Assembly (NCBI GenBank): GCA_964016885.1
Contig: OZ024740.1
Coordinates: 290,408,001 to 290,472,000, forward strand
Direction of reading: 5' to 3'
From: Eledone cirrhosa
Lineage: Eukaryota
Length of the DNA: 64,000 nucleotides
A program made the translations under genes and the position numbers. How positions within the stretch are numbered: position 1 is the stretch's first letter; each line of letters opens with the position of its first letter. The notes below the pieces were generated by a model. That model searched no databases. It was not told where the DNA came from and saw only the letters and a list, made by a program, of their open reading frames with translations. Of the stretch, positions 62,201 through 64,000 are shown one piece after another.

Positions 62201-64000
62201 AACGGATTTCCCCAAATAAAAAACGGAACACCCAAATAAAAAACGGACCCCCAAGTAAAAAACGGATCCCCACCAAATAAAAAACGGACCCCAAATAAAA
62301 AACGAAACGCCCAAATACAAAACGGACCCCCCCCCAATAAAAAACAGGTCCCCAAATAAAAACGGATCCCCAAATAAAAAACGGATTTCCCCAAATAAAA
62401 AACGGAACTCCCAAATAAAAAACGGACCCACCCCCAAATAAAAAACGGATCCCCAAATAAAAAACGGACACCCTAGTAAAAAACGGATTGCCCCCAAATA
62501 AAAAAACGGACCCCCTCCCAATTAAAAACTGATCCCCCAATGAAAAACGGAACCTCCGCCCAAATAAAAACGGACCTACTTAGAATAAACGGATCCCCAA
62601 ATAAAAAACGGATCCCCAAACAAAAACGGATTCCCCCAAATAAAGAACGGATACAAAAAATTTAAAACGCACCCCCTCCCAAATAAAAAACGGGCCCCCA
62701 AATAAAAAACGGGTTCCCCCAAATAAAAATTGGATTCTCAAATAAAAAACGGACCCCCAAATAAAAAACGGATCCCCAAATAAAAAACGGACACCCATAT
62801 AAAAAACGGACCCCCACCCCAAATAAAAAACGCCCCCCCCTTCCCCAATTAAAAACGGACACCCCGTCCTTCCCCAATAAAAAACGGACCCCTCCAAATA
62901 AAAAACAGATCCCTAAATAAAAAACGGACACCCAAATAAAAAACGAATTCCCAAATAAAAAACGGATACCCAAATAAAAAACGGACACCCAAATGAAAAA
63001 TGGACCCCCAAATAAAACAAGCCCCCCCCCTACACACACACCAAATGATGCAAAACGGATCGCCAAATAAAAAACGGACCCCGCCCCAATTAAAAAACGG
63101 AACTCCCAAATAAAAACGGACAACCCCAAATAAAAAACTGGCACACCACCCCCAATAAATAACGGAGCCCAAATAAAATTGGATCCCCAAATAAAAAACG
63201 GACAACCAAATAAAAAACGGACACCCAAATAAAAGAAGGATCCCCATATAAAAAACGGACCGACCCCCAAAAAATATCAAAATCGGATTTCCAAATAAAA
63301 AACGGATCGATGCCCAAATAAAAAACGGGACGCCCCAATAAAAAACGGATTCCCCCAAATAAACGGATACCCATATAAAAAACGGACCCCACCCAAATAA
63401 AAAACGGATCACCCCACAAATAAAGAACGGATTGATCCCCAAATAAAAAACGGATCCCCAAATAAAAAACGGACACCCAAATAAAAAACGGACCCCCAAA
63501 ATAAAAAACGGAGCCCCCACCAAATAAAAAAGAGAACCCCTCCTAAATAAAATATGGATCCCCAAATAGAAAGCCAACACATAAAAAACGGATCGATGCA
63601 ATAATAAAAAACGGAACCCCCAAATAAAAACGGGACCCCCCAATAAAAAACGGATCCCCCCAAATAAACGGATACCCATATAAAAAACGGAACCCATTCC
63701 CAAATAAAAAACGGTCCTCCACCCGAAATAAAAAACGGATCGATCCCCAAATAAAAAATGGGTCCCCAAATAAAAAACGGACCCCCCCCAAAAAAAATCG
63801 GATTCCCAAATAAAGAATGGATCCCCAAATTAAAAACGGCCCCCCTCCCAAATAACCCCCCCCCAATAAAAAACGGATCCCCCCCCAAAAAACGGACACC
63901 CAAATAAAAACGGATCCTCAATATAAAAAGCGTATCCCCAAATAAAAAACGGATTCCCCCAAATAAATAACGGAGCCCAAATAAAAATTGGATCCCCAAA

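Larger units (their letters stand above)
24436..64000. repeat. ~20-22-bp satellite, sub-family B (CCCAAATAAAAAACGG + ATCC/ACAC/ACCC/ATTC tails), runs off the right edge
   Basis: The conserved CAAATAAAAAACGG core is followed by a small vocabulary of tails (GGATCCCC, GGACACCC, GGACCCCC, GGATTCCC, GGAGCCC, GGATCGAT). I saw no unique sequence over ~39.5 kb. Confidence 0.97.

Noticed and set aside
20909-63999. Hundreds of overlapping Phe/Gly/Trp/Ile-rich minus-strand ORFs and a few Lys/Pro/Asn-rich + strand ORFs
   Set aside because: They occur in all three frames with the same words. The 20-bp unit is not a multiple of 3, homopolymer lengths vary freely, and stop triplets are simply rare on that strand.
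20918-64000. CRISPR-like array (constant repeat plus variable spacer)
   Set aside because: The core is only ~14 bp and degenerate. The 'spacers' are short, low-complexity and reused from a small vocabulary. There are no cas genes or leader.
20918-64000. Telomeric repeat array
   Set aside because: The strand asymmetry is telomere-like, but there are no tandem TTAGGG-type units, and heterogeneity with kb-scale duplications does not fit telomerase-templated repeats. A subtelomeric location remains possible.

Overview
The window is essentially all tandem repeat and looks eukaryotic. I found no recognisable prokaryotic genes, RNA genes, transposases or CRISPR. (1) 1..20917 is a 66-bp (22-codon) tandem array of about 317 units. 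Its minus strand reads as an uninterrupted Thr/Ser/Pro-rich mucin-like repeat (TPTTEARVTTTVITAISMTTST) for at least 6503 codons from 19509 off the left edge. The supplied ORF track misses this frame because it has no stop in the window. The right-hand ~1.4 kb of the array carries a 1-bp deletion (~19513) and an in-frame TGA (19773-19775). (2) From 20918, with no unique spacer, a ~20-bp A/C-rich satellite (core CCAAATAAAAAACGG plus a short variable tail) runs to the window end. It has two sub-families and several kb-scale higher-order duplications. The many Leu/Val-rich and Phe/Gly/Trp-rich ORFs in the track are compositional shadows of the repeats. The most interesting hypothesis is a giant mucin-type exon preceded by a satellite-filled intron, but a wholly non-coding satellite junction cannot be excluded. 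I cannot support a claim of a novel multi-gene system.
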